Shown piece by piece: positions 12,645-24,397 of a stretch of DNA of 64,000 nt. Origin of the DNA: Azolla caroliniana (taxonomy: Eukaryota; Plantae; Polypodiophyta); NCBI GenBank assembly GCA_043228905.1, contig JBHGNT010000012.1, positions 2,170,001-2,234,000 of the forward strand, in the 5' to 3' direction. Made by a program: the position numbers and the translations under genes. Under the pieces are notes generated by a model. The model did no database searches. It saw nothing but the letters and a program-made list of their open reading frames with translations, and had not been told where the DNA came from. The stretch's first letter is position 1. The number at the start of each line of letters is the position of its first letter.

Positions 12645-15600
12645 TCATCCTGTTGATGTTTCAAAACTAACTCCATCTTTTCCCACCATCTGCAGACAAG
12701 AAAAAGAATGTGTATAGCAGGAAACTAAAAAAGTGAAAAATGATTCAATATCCAAGGAAATTATGCATTGCTATTTAGTAACCAATTCCTTTATTTTCTT
12801 AACATCTGCATACTACCCTAAAGAAATAGAACTAGCAAAATACTACAATAACAGAAAAGGAATAGACCTTGGCAATAAATGAATCAAGTTTGGATTTCAC
12901 AGCTTGATCTAATGACTTCTCAGCAAGCTCATAGACAAATGTGTCACCATCAGGATTCGACACTTTCTCCTTCAAAATATATCTGTGGCAATAGTTCTCA
13001 TGTTATCTTTCTACAAAAATGAAAAGAAAATAAACATACTCATTTAAACTTGTCTTCGCTTTTACAACTAAATTGGATGTCCATATACGTACATAAATAA
13101 ATCTGTGGAACATGGATTGCATTTATACACATACATATACATATATAAAAGCATGCAAGACATTCATTCACACATCCATATAACTAGGTCCTATCCACAC
13201 ACATACACATGAGACAAACAAGCATAGCAATACGAAATATTATATGTCATTCAATGGCCTTCATAATCTTACAAAAAGACATCAAATGTTTTAAAACTAA
13301 TAAATTCAATCAGATACCGAAATTAATAGGAAGTCACCTTTGCTTAATCATTGACTCAATACATTGCTTAATGTCTCCAAAAATGGGATGTTGTACATCT
13401 TGCTTAATACCAAATCGCCCCAAGTGCAAGAAAAGGGTCTCTGTGGAAGATACAAATACAAAACTAATTACACTCGGTTGCAATCCTTAAAAATATACAG
13501 CGCACAAATGTGTGTTTGAGACTCATCTGCTGAAAAATAACATGGCAAATATAAGAGATTTTTTAGCATATTGATGATATGCATGCTTATCAGTGTCCAT
13601 GGAAATTGGATCAAGTGACTTAGATATATGAAATTCTTAGTCATGATGAATGCTATCATGAAATATCAAAGACAGACAAAAACAAAGTAAACTAAAAATT
13701 AAACAGGCACATATAAGGGCAGAGAACAACATTTGGAGACATGAATTTGATACGTTATAAGAAAGTACAAATGGGGAGAATCAGAAAGAGAATGTAAAAT
13801 TGCTGCTAAGAAAATTGCAAAAGATGCCTTTACTCTCACATGTATACACGTCTACATATAAGAGAGTATATACACATACTTTTAATCAATACATATCCAG
13901 ACAGATATATACATATTTAAAATTAAAAGATCCAGACCTTCAGGAACCTTTTCCCCACATAAACTAATGATTGAAACAATAAGCAAAGTCAGACTGGCAG
14001 TCACAGCATCTTCAGGAGTATCAACAAACTTTGTTCGCAGTTCATCAGGTAAACTGCTCTTCAAAACATAGCATTTTAAATCTGTAACAGTACCTGCACA
14101 TTGATAATCATAAAACAGATTAATCTCCAATGGATCTGAAAATAAATTAAAACCTTCAAATTAAAAAAACAATAAACAAAGCAAGTATCCAATTCTAAGC
14201 AAGTCATCAGACAGGCCATCATCTTCAAGGTACAGTGTATTTGTTACCAGCTAAAGACATTACCTACCTTCTCCCTGTCTGTGAGTACATCAATAATACA
14301 ATTTCCCAAGCATTGGTTGACATTCATTTGAAGGTATAATAGCCTCCTTCCAAGTGTTTGGTAAAAAGTCATGCTCAACCACTAGAAATGTAATATGAAT
14401 GTATAAATTCTGTACTCAAATTCCAATAGATTTGTGGCCCTTCTATCTTTTCTTATTTTTCCATAAATGAAAAAGGAACTTGGTCAAGCACTGCCCTTGA
14501 GATCCTCAAATATAAGTGTTAGTTAAAGACATGAGTTCTTGTTTGCGGAGTGTTATTAAAGGATGATGACTTTGGTGTTCATTTCTTTACAAGTATTTGC
14601 CATCCCTTGACCATGATGGTTCCTTTACGCATCATAGTGGGCAATGTATGGTAGATATACATTAACATATTGCAAAAATAAATTTCAATTGTCATTTTCA
14701 ATACAGATTGTCTATACTAATTCATGAAGTAAACCTGCTTTATCAAACATCCAACATCCTAATTGCCATATTGAAATCGATTTCTTGAACTCATAATCAT
14801 GATTCATCAGTGGCCTCAGATTATAGAGGCCTAGCATTTTCTTTACAAAGTTGTCTCAACAAGGAGAAGGAAAAAAGTCATATATTTTGTGAAAAATATC
14901 ATATTCATAAAAACTGGTACAGAATAAAATAGTAAACAAAGGAAAATTAGATTCTCATGAAATTTAAGTGAATCAAACTTTTATCATTAAAAGAACACAA
15001 AGATATTGACTAGCAAGTATTTCATATGCACAAAGGGTTTGAATCCCGCTCTCCAATAATGATTTCAGGTCCACAACAAACAAGTTTATTAGTTTGAAAA
15101 AACCTACATTTTTGTAATTATATTCATAAAAGGATTTCCATTCAAAAATACCAGCAAAGATATTCAACTAGCAGGTATTTTGATTTGTTGAGAAAACATC
15201 TCTTTTCAAAACTTTATATACATCAGGCTCATATCTGAAATTATCCTCAAACGATCTTGATAAGCACGTATGTTGAAATTTATACACATAAAGAATGCTT
15301 CATATTCCACAGTTCCTATGATGATCTCAACTAGTAGGTAAATTGATTTATTTAAAAGAAAGTTTTTTGATGAAATTTATACACATAAAAAGCAGTTCAA
15401 ATTCAAATTCTACCCTGTAAAGAGATCTCAAGTAGAAAGTATTTTCAACTGTCCATGGAAAGATGGTTTTTCATGCTTTGTATGCACAAAAACAGTTTTA
15501 TATTCAAACATTTGCAAATTTATTGGTTATTGATTGCTAAGAGGTGAAACTAAACAATATTCTTTTTTGAAATCGTCTCACCTTGAGAAGAATGTGAAGC

Positions 15601-16624
15601 TTTGGTGTTCTTGGATGGCCGGAACCTTGCAAGTTCTCTCATATCAAATCCAAGGACACTCTTGAACTTCTCTTGTGCTTTGCTTATTATGAAATTTGGG
15701 AGGTTTCTGGTCTTGTAAGTCTTAGTAATTATTTGCACCAGTTCTTCCCTTCTGACAGGAACTCCGAATTGTTCATGATTCTTAAACAGCATATGCCGCA
15801 TTACCTCTGAGGTTAACCTATCTATTTCCTACATCCATTGATTTGATTAAAATAACTTTGGCAAGAGAAATACTAGAAAAAAACCATTTGATTTTGACAA
15901 AATAATAAGAAAGAACAGTTTCGGCAAAAATAGACCCAGAACTTTTCGTTAAGACTAGAAAAACAACAAAACATTCACAAAGACAAGAAGCATTTCCATT
16001 GAGGAAAAACTAAATAAAGCATTAAATCAAGATGAAAATAATTTTTGATTCAGGAAATACTAGAAAAGAATTGCTTGATTCAAGACAAATTATAATAGAA
16101 ACTTAGATTCAAAAAAATTAGAAAACGCCTTGTAATATAAAAATAACCAGAAAAACATTCCATTCAAAAAAACATTACAGAAACGCTTTGATTCAGAAAT
16201 GATTTGAAAAAAGAACATTAGAGAAACGTTTTGAGTCAGAAATGACTTGAAAAAAAACAGTTTGATTCAGAAGAGACTAGGAAAAGCACTTCAGTTTACA
16301 AAATAAGAGGAATCTTTATGTTCAGAAACGTGTATACATTTGTTTCCCCTGGAGAATACTAGAGAGGGAGGAGAAGAAAACATTAACAAATAGAAACAAA
16401 TACGTACAGAACCATGATTCAGAAAAGAGTAACAGTTACAAATTCAGAAGAAAGAAACACTGAAGAGATTTTACATTTTTAAAAAGAAGACGAGAAATTG
16501 ATCCAGAGGAGAGAAATCTTACCTCCTCAGGGAGATCGATCTGAGAAGACAAGGAAGAAGCGGCGTGGGAGGGTTGAGAGAGACGATGGAGGTTCTGAGA
16601 AGACGACTGAGAGAGCTTCGCCAT
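12645..16624 (-). CDS. NSE3: MAGE-domain protein, NSE3 subunit of SMC5/6; exons 16624-16523, 15828-15582, 14093-13938, 13440-13338, 12982-12868, 12689-12645
   Basis: Six GT-AG exons join in frame. EVMRHMLFK...PVRREEL...AQEKFKSVLGFDMREL, YVLKSSLP, HPIFGD, KQRYILKEKV, YELAEKSL are MAGE winged-helix features of plant NSE3. Confidence 0.88.
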
Positions 16625-16719
16625 AGCTACGATTCGATCAATCGGCGGGAAAGCAGAAATTACGAAGCAGAAAATCTCCGAAAGGCAGGCTTCTCTCTAC
16701 CCACCCCAGACATAGGGGT

Positions 16720-18290
16720 CCGTATTTTCCTGTATTTCCCGAAATACCCTTACCTGTATTTTCCTGTATTTCCCGAAATGCCCCTGCTCGTATTTTCCTA
16801 TATTTCCCGAAATGCCCTTCACTGTATTTTCTTTAATTTCCCAAAATGCCCCTTTACTTGTATTTTTCTTTATTCCCCAAAAATGCCCTTTTAGCTGTAT
16901 TTTCCGGTATTTCCCAAAATGCCCCTACTTGTAATTTCCTTTATTTTCCAAAATGCCCTTACTTGTATTTTTCTTTATTTTCCAAAAATGCCCTTAGCTG
17001 TATTTCCCAAAATCCCCTTTACTATATACTTTCTTTAATTTCCCAAAAATGCCCTTTTAGCTGTATTTTCCTGTATTTCCCAAAATGCCCATGCTTGTAT
17101 TTTCGTTTATTTCCCAAAATGTCCTTTACTATATTTTCTTTAATTTCCCAAAATGCCCTTACTTGTATTTTTCTTTGTTCCCCAAAAATGCCCTTTTAGC
17201 TGTATTTAGTTGTATTTCCAGAAATGCCCCTGCTTGTATTTTCCTTTATTTCCCAAAATGCCCTTACTTGTATTTTTCTTTATTCCCCAAAAATGCCCTT
17301 TTAGCTGTATTTTCCTGTATTTCCCAAAATGCCCCTGATTGTATTTTCCTTTATTTCCCAAAATGCCCTTACCTATATTTTTCTTCATTTCCCAAAAAAT
17401 GCCCTTAGCTGTATTTTCCCGTATTTCCCAAAATTCCCTTTACTGTATTTTCTTTAATTTCCCAAAATGCCCTTGCTTGCATTTTTCTTTATTTCCCAAA
17501 ATGCTCTTGCCTGCCTTTTCTCTTCATTACCCAAAATGCTCCTTGCTTGTATTTTCCATTATTTCCCAAAATGCCCTTGCTTGTCTTTTTTCTTCATTTC
17601 CCAAAATGCCCCTTGCTTGTATTTCCCTTTATTTCCCAAAATGCCCCTTGCTTGTGTTTTCCATTTTCTCGTCATTTCCCAATACGCCCCTGCTCATATT
17701 TTCCCTTCATTCCCCATAGTGCCCTTGCCTGTATTTTCCTCTTCATTTCCGAAAATGCCCTTGCTTATATTTTCCCTTCACTCCCAAGGATGCCCTTGCC
17801 TATATTTTCCTCTATTTCCCAAAATGCCCTTGCTTACATTTTCCCTTCATTCCCCATAGTGACCTTGCCTGTATTTTCCTCTATTTCCAAAAATACCCTT
17901 GCTTATATTTTCCCTTCATTCCCCATAATGCCCTTGCTTGTATTTTCCTCTATTTCCCAAGATGCCCCTGCTTATATTCTCCCTTCATTCCCCATAGTGT
18001 CCTTGTCTGTATTTTCCTCTATTTCCCAAAATACCCTTGCTTGTATTTTTCCTCTATTTCCCAAAATGCCCCTGCTTATATTCTCCCTTCATTCCCCATA
18101 GTGCCCTTGCCTATATTTTCCTCTTCATTTCTCAAAATACCCCTCCTTATATTTTCCTTTCATTCCCCAGAATGCCCTTGTCTATATTTTCCTTTATTTC
18201 CCTAAAAAATGCCCCTGCTTATATTTTCCCTTCATTCCCCATAATGTCCCTGCTTGTATTTTCCTTTATTTCCGAAAATGCCCCTAGTTT
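16720..18290. repeat. Pyrimidine-rich ~33-bp minisatellite (~45-50 copies) directly upstream of NSE3
   Basis: Unit approximately TGTATTTTCCTTTATTTCCCAAAATGCCCCTGCT, with variants changing progressively along the array. Confidence 0.93.
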
Positions 18291-19697
18291 TTTTTTTCCC
18301 GTTCCTTCAACCATTTCCATGGCACAACACCTTGAATACATAAAGGGAAAAAACGATCAACTATATAACTCCACGGCTAAATATAGGCGTGAGGAGCTAG
18401 TTGGTTTATGCGTGCTATTAATAACTCTTTTCCGTGCACTTGGACATTAGCTGAGAATGAAGGAACAAGGGGTAGCACCAACGAAAGGGACAAACGAATA
18501 GAGAGAATGGCTTGTGCCACAAAATGAAAGACCCAACCAATAGCCATTGTCAACGCTACAAAAGACACTTTTATAAGTCTTTTGACCCTTTTCTTGACAT
18601 TATGTTTTGAGGTAGAGCCTGAGCCTCCCTTAATGTTGTATATCTCCCATTAGTTGTAAACTTTTAATTATTTTAACTTAATCTCGCCTTACGACCCAAA
18701 CTTGAAGTGATTGGGCAATTGGTTATATCTCTAGATGAATGTTCATTGTTCCTTGATTGAGTGCTTGGTTGCTCTCTTTCCATGATTCCTGTGCTTATGG
18801 TGTTAAGTGCTTTGACATCTATATTAATGTGATTAAGCATGGTAGGTTAAGTCTTCACATCTTGCGAGCATAAGTCTAGACACCCTTGATCATTCCACCA
18901 ACAATAAGAGTATACGTTATGTCATCCTCATAGATCTTGATTCTAGGTTGGTTACGTAAGACTTAGCTAGAGTTGAAGAAGTCCTAAACTTCCCCATAGT
19001 ACTAATTTGTACCTACACATGTGACACACTAACTTCAATCAATCTAAATGATTAAGTGGGGTAAATCATCGAGTTTCGAGGTATGTCTTAAACTTCCCCC
19101 CGTACTCATGTGTACCTACATATAGTAGTTTGAATAAATCCAAATTGATGGGAGAGTGAGTAGGGTATCATAAAGTATTCAAAATATCTCTCCATATATT
19201 TAATGCGAGAGTAAACTTCACATACACATATCCTAGAGAGTGTATGATTCACACACAAAGTGCGTTGTTTGAAATTAATATCTCATTAGCAATGAGGTCC
19301 AAAGTCTTGGCAATTTCGAAGTATTTAGTTTGAGGAAATTGTGACACGATTTAAAACTTGAAGTTGGGGAACTTCATCTCTTGAACATAGAAGATATTGT
19401 GCTAAAAAATTAGGTCATCACTAGTGTGAAAACCATCATGGTCTAAATGTTAGGGTAGAGGGTTAGAGGAAAACTTTGGCAGAAAGGACTTCCCATGCCA
19501 ATGAATATATTTGGCAAGTGCAATATGGATTATGTTCAACATTAAGCTATAAAGACGGGTTTTGAAAAATGAAGTGGAAAGAAGATATACTTGATCGAGA
19601 CCAAGAATGACTAGGAATTGTTGATTGTGTTTGAGGTTTTTAATAAGATATGTCAGGGATCCATGAAAATGGCGATGGCGAAGAGCAGGAGCAGAGA

Positions 19698-22007
19698 ATG
19701 GCGGGAAGAGGAAACGACGAGCAGGAACAGGAGCACGGTGAGGAGCGCCCGCGGCGGATAGCTGTGTGCCGCTGCCTAAGATCTCGCGCAGCGGCTATTG
19801 CAGTTGCAGGAGGGAGTCTCGGCCGCTCACCAGTGGCTGTTCTGCGGTGTCAGGGAATCACATTGAGGAGACGTTGTGAGGCAGGGAAGATGCGAAAAGT
19901 GAATGATGGTGTTCCTACAAAAGGAAAGACTTCCTCCCAGCGTCCTCGTTGGCCGTCGCTTCCCTTGTGGCAACAAACCTCTCGTCGGATTGCGCGTTTG
20001 AGATCGGGATAGCCAGGGAGGGCATTGGACAGGTCTGCAACATTGGAGGCTAGAACATTAGGAAGGCGCCACATGCTCATGCCACACTCCCCAATCAATG
20101 AATGTGACGACAACCTTTTGGAGATGGATATGCTCAACCTTCCTCCAACACACATAGTTGGAACAGGTATGGATTCGTATCCTCCAGCTGAAATATTAGG
20201 TACAGGTATGCATCCAGATCCGCAGAATGAGGAGCAGATAGGCGGGGGGCTGATCATGGCACATTCCGAAGTGAACACCGAGGCAGGCTTGGGCAATGTC
20301 TTGATAGTAAAGGAGAATAATGACAGTGGTCAGGTTCAAGAGAAGCAGGTGGAGGAGGGCATTGATGAAAGAAAAGGGATCGACCTTTATCTTTCTCCAG
20401 TAGAGAATCGAAGATTGATGGAAGAAGTGGGCCGTTTAAAGTGTTCATCGTTCATTTGTCGGTTGTTAGGAGGACGACCAAGTAAAGGGATGCTAAGGGA
20501 CATGTTGCAGGCAGCTCTTTTGGATAAAATGCCGCCTATCCAGAACATTTTGAGAATGGGCCTCAACTATTACCATGTGATCTTAGAAGAAGGTCATAAT
20601 GTGAAGGAGATTCTAGATCACAAATGGATTACCCTCAAGTATGGCAAAGCCATGATTTTGGAATGGAGTCCAAACTTCGATGCAAAGGAAGAGAATAAAA
20701 AAGCAGGCACACCGATGGTCATTACAGTATGCTTCCCAGACCTACCTTTCCAACTCCACCATTTGATCCCAAAGCTCGCACACAATATAGGGGTGATATG
20801 TACAACGAAACCTTCATTTGCAAACAAGGTAGCCGAAATGCCCAAGATGAAGGTGCTGGTTAGTGACATTAAAAAACTACCATCAGAGATTAGAGTCCAC
20901 ACGGAGGACTTTGGCCTAAGGGTGGTGAAGGTTAGTTATGAAGGCTTGCCGGGTCAATGCTTTGCATGTAAGGAGATGGGCCATATGGCCAAACACTGCC
21001 CCTTGTATGGGAATGCAAGAGCGCATAGGGGACAACAAGACAACAAGTTGCCGGATATCCCACATGCAGGGATGGCAGGCCACATGGTCATGGTTCACAA
21101 TGGGAAGCAAGTAGTAAAGGAAAAAGGATGGATATCGCCGAGGAAAGTGGCCAAGCCTAGCCTCCACGGTCTTGCCTGCCCACCTACAAGTGGAGGTTCC
21201 ATTTCGAATAGATTTGACATCCTTTCGCAAATGGAACCCCAGGAAGGCGAAATAATTTTAGCAACTCCATTTGAGTTACTACCTCGAGTCGAGACCCATG
21301 AAGCACTCGTAGAGCCCTCTGAGGGTCATGACAGTAGATTTTCATCAGACCTGAGAGTGGTTAAGGCCTGGATCAGGAAAGGGAAGGACAAGGAAAGTGA
21401 AGTGGACGTCAGGAATATTGAAGCAAAAAAAATGATCACACGGACTGAGGTTGGAAATCCCTCAACTGTGGGTGTGGAGTTTGTTATGATGCAAGCATTG
21501 AGGATGCAAGATATGCAAGTACCCAAGGTTGTGGTGAACATTAGTAATCCAAGGGGAAGAGTGCACGGGTGGACTAGAGCACACATGGTCCTCTTCAACA
21601 GCAACTCCGGCAGACCGGAGACTGGTTGTTCTTTTGACTTGGAACCTGATTTGAAAAATGAAAGAGGAGAAGACTCGTCCTTGAAGGCGTTTTGTAACAG
21701 GGCAGCATTATGTCTCCAGTACCTTACATTTGAAAATAAGGCTGTAGGGCTGCAAACATTATGGACAAGCTCCCCGATACAAGGGGAGCTTATGGAACTT
21801 GCTCAAGATGTTCCAGTGGTTTGCATATGGAAGGTACAGGATCTAGGGTTGAAGCCTGGTTTGTTCCACTTCCACTGTGCTGAAGTGCCCAAGAATCAAG
21901 AATGGAAAATAAGTATGGAGTGGGAATTTATATGGCGTATGATAGAGACATATTTGTCGAGCATGGGAGATTCCCCCTTGGCTTTTTTTGTGAACCCAAG
22001 TCAATGA
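19698..22007 (+). pseudogene. LINE ORF1 (DUF4283-like region plus CCHC knuckle), one premature TAG at 20010-20012
   Basis: ORFs 19650-20012 and 20025-22007 share a frame. CFACKEMGHMAKHC knuckle. Stop overlaps the ORF2 start (ATGA, 22004-22007). Confidence 0.85.
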
Positions 22008-22642
22008 GAATTTGTTCTTGGAATGTGCAAGGACTTGGTGGATCTCAACATCAGCTAGAGAAGCGTCGGTTTAGGAGAGAATGGGAAGCTGACGGCCTTT
22101 GTAAAACTATTGATATTTTGCTCTTACAAGAGCATCACCTTGGCCGAGAAAGAACGGAACTGTTCAAAGACCTGTTGCCAGGGGATTGGTACACATGGTG
22201 GGCTCCTGCTCACGGCGTGTTAGAAAGGAGAGGTGGAGTGTGTATTTCGGTGAGGAAATCAGCGGATATCATCATCTTGGATCATGGCATATTGATCGAA
22301 GGTAGGGCTATGTTCTACTACTTGGAATGGAGGAATGTAAAATTTGGGGTGCTGAATGTCTACGCACCTAACATTAGCAATGAGAGGACCTCATTTTGGA
22401 GACAGTTGGCAAACAAAATTCCCTCCGTCGACAATTGGATAGTGGCGGGGGATTTTAACATGATAGAGAGAGTGGAAGATTGTCTTGGGGCTCATTCGAA
22501 CTTGCTACATGGGGAGGAGCTTAGAGCGTGGGGTTTCTTAACTTCTATGTTGGGAATCCGGGACTCGTGGTATTCTACTATGGCAGTTGAGGTGAATTCC
22601 TTAAGGTTCTCACGTTTTGGGAGCAAATTTTTCCAAGCTTGA
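22004..22642 (+). pseudogene. LINE ORF2 N-terminus, APE-type endonuclease
   Basis: MRICSWNVQGL, LLLQEHH, NVYAPN, WIVAGDFN motifs. Confidence 0.92.
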
Positions 22643-22657
22643 AAGTTGGACTGCAAG

Positions 22658-22947
22658 TGTCATAACTAGACTCGAACCCATAACCTTTTGTTACACGGGT
22701 CGAGACTTTACCATTAGGTTATGAATTGTAATTTGAAGGATATTATTTTCATTTAGGTTTTATTAGGAAATTGATGTATATTCCAGATTTCTCTGGAACA
22801 TTCTAGAAACTTCAGGAGTATTCCTGAAGACACTATAAAAGGAGGCGCAAGGCATTAGTTCGAACCAAATCGGTTCAACGCCAGTCTTAAGCCTTCTAAC
22901 TACTGTTGTATATCTTCCTTCATATAATACATATACCTTTCGCATCA

Positions 22948-22989
<42 letters not shown>

Positions 22990-23122
22990 ACCCATTCCTT
23001 CTCTCAAAGTTCGACACCTCTCATAGTACTAATCCTTCTCTGTCTTAGTACTATTCCCCGACAATAGTACTAATCCTTCTTTTAGTACTAATTCCTTCTC
23101 TGCCTTAATAGAGTTCCTGACA
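22658..23122 (+). repeat. Chromovirus 5' LTR
   Basis: TATAAAA at 22834-22840 and a (CT)n tract. The only difference I found from the 3' LTR is CC vs TT at 22865-22866. Confidence 0.96.
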
Positions 23123-23124
23123 GT

Positions 23125-23136
23125 TTGAACCGATTT
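23125..23136 (+). promoter_or_regulatory. Self-priming primer-binding site (non-tRNA)
   Basis: TTGAACCGATTT is the exact reverse complement of LTR 22867-22878 (AAATCGGTTCAA). No TGG-starting tRNA PBS follows the LTR. Confidence 0.8.
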
Positions 23137-23227
23137 CGTCCTCGGTGCCTGTCTGGTCTTTTCTCTCCCTCTTCCTTCTGTCTCCCTCCTTTCCTATTAG
23201 TCTCTTATTTCCCTTTTCCTTCATCCC

Positions 23228-24397
23228 ATGGCCACCGTTAGCGCTGAAGAGTATCAATCCGTTTTCTCGGAATTTCAATGCTTGAAAGAGAAGTTTCATG
23301 CTTTGGAACAAGAAAATCAACGCTTGTTGGGGGATCTTCAGCAAATTTCCTTAGAAAAGCAGCAAACGCAACAACAGCATGGGGAACTTGCGTTACGCGT
23401 GCAACAACTCGAAGCAACCATCGTAGCAATGCAACAACAAGGGCACGGAGCACAAGGGATTCATAAAGAACCCAAGATTGGCCTTCCCACGAAATTCGAT
23501 GGAACGCGATCGCAGTTTAGAGGGTTTCTTAACCAGGTACGGTTAGTTATTCAAATGCATCCGTCCCGATATCCCACCGATGCATCACGAGTGGGTTTAG
23601 TAGGCACGTTGTTAAATGGCTCAGCATTAGCATGGTTCGCTCCGCTACTAGAAAAAGAATCTCCAGTACTAAATAATTTTGAAGAATTCATAAGTGAGTT
23701 TAAAGCATGTTTTGGAGATACTGACAGCATAAGGACTGCAATCAACAAAATCCGGCGATTACGCCAAGGTGACCGTCCAGCCTCCGCATATGCTGCAGAT
23801 TTCCGCCTACTCGCCGCCGATATCCCCTGGGATGATCAAGCATTGATGGAGCAGTTCCGCTATGGTCTACGCAACGATGTCAAGGATTTACTCTTGACTT
23901 TCCCTGAAGAGCCAAAATCATTAACAGAAGCAATCAGTCGAGCGGTCAGATGTGACAACCGCCTCTTCGAGCGACGTTCGGAACGACAATTTCAGATGCC
24001 GAGGGCAAGATCCGAGCCTACCTATGCCTCAGTGGTAGCAAAACCTTTTCAAAGGGAGTCACATAATGTGCCTCCAGTAAGTACTCCAACTCCAATGGAA
24101 ATTGACACTACACGTCGTCGTGGGCCGCTATCGGAGGAGGAAAAGCAACGACGCCGAACAAACCGATTATGCCTTTATTGCGGTGGACCAGGGCATATCG
24201 CGATAAACTGTCCCCATAGACCAAGAAGGCAGGTAAACCAAGTCGTTGTTAGTTCTGACTATACTAAACCCGAGTCTATTTCAGTAGGAATCTCTGATAG
24301 TCCTCATAGTCATAATAGTCCTAATAGTACTAATAGTCCGAATCTCGCAAACAAATTTGATGTCCTTAGCCAATTAGAAGAAGAGTTAAACGACTAA
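23228..24397 (+). CDS. gag: Chromovirus Gag (coiled coil, capsid, CCHC knuckle)
   Basis: PTKFDGTR, LRQG, FRYGL, PTPMEID, CLYCGGPGHIAINC. Confidence 0.95.
   Translation: MATVSAEEYQSVFSEFQCLKEKFHALEQENQRLLGDLQQISLEKQQTQQQHGELALRVQQLEATIVAMQQQGHGAQGIHKEPKIGLPTKFDGTRSQFRGFLNQVRLVIQMHPSRYPTDASRVGLVGTLLNGSALAWFAPLLEKESPVLNNFEEFISEFKACFGDTDSIRTAINKIRRLRQGDRPASAYAADFRLLAADIPWDDQALMEQFRYGLRNDVKDLLLTFPEEPKSLTEAISRAVRCDNRLFERRSERQFQMPRARSEPTYASVVAKPFQRESHNVPPVSTPTPMEIDTTRRRGPLSEEEKQRRRTNRLCLYCGGPGHIAINCPHRPRRQVNQVVVSSDYTKPESISVGISDSPHSHNSPNSTNSPNLANKFDVLSQLEEELND

Noticed and set aside
15030-15050. B-box-like GGTTTGAATCC in NSE3 intron 2
   Set aside because: No A box at the right distance; it lies within degenerate intronic repeats.
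16565-18450. Several Phe/Pro/Cys-rich ORFs (FPKCP, SQNAL repeats)
   Set aside because: Artefacts of the pyrimidine-rich minisatellite, open in several frames.
19650-20012. Separate 120-aa upstream gene
   Set aside because: Its ATG lies in the TSD and it is in frame with LINE ORF1, so it is the ORF1 N-terminus cut by a nonsense mutation.
22669-22721. Functional tRNA genes inside the LTRs (also 44334, 49755, 51277)
   Set aside because: Acceptor, anticodon and T stems do not pair; only A/B boxes and spacing remain, so they are reported as tRNA-like modules.
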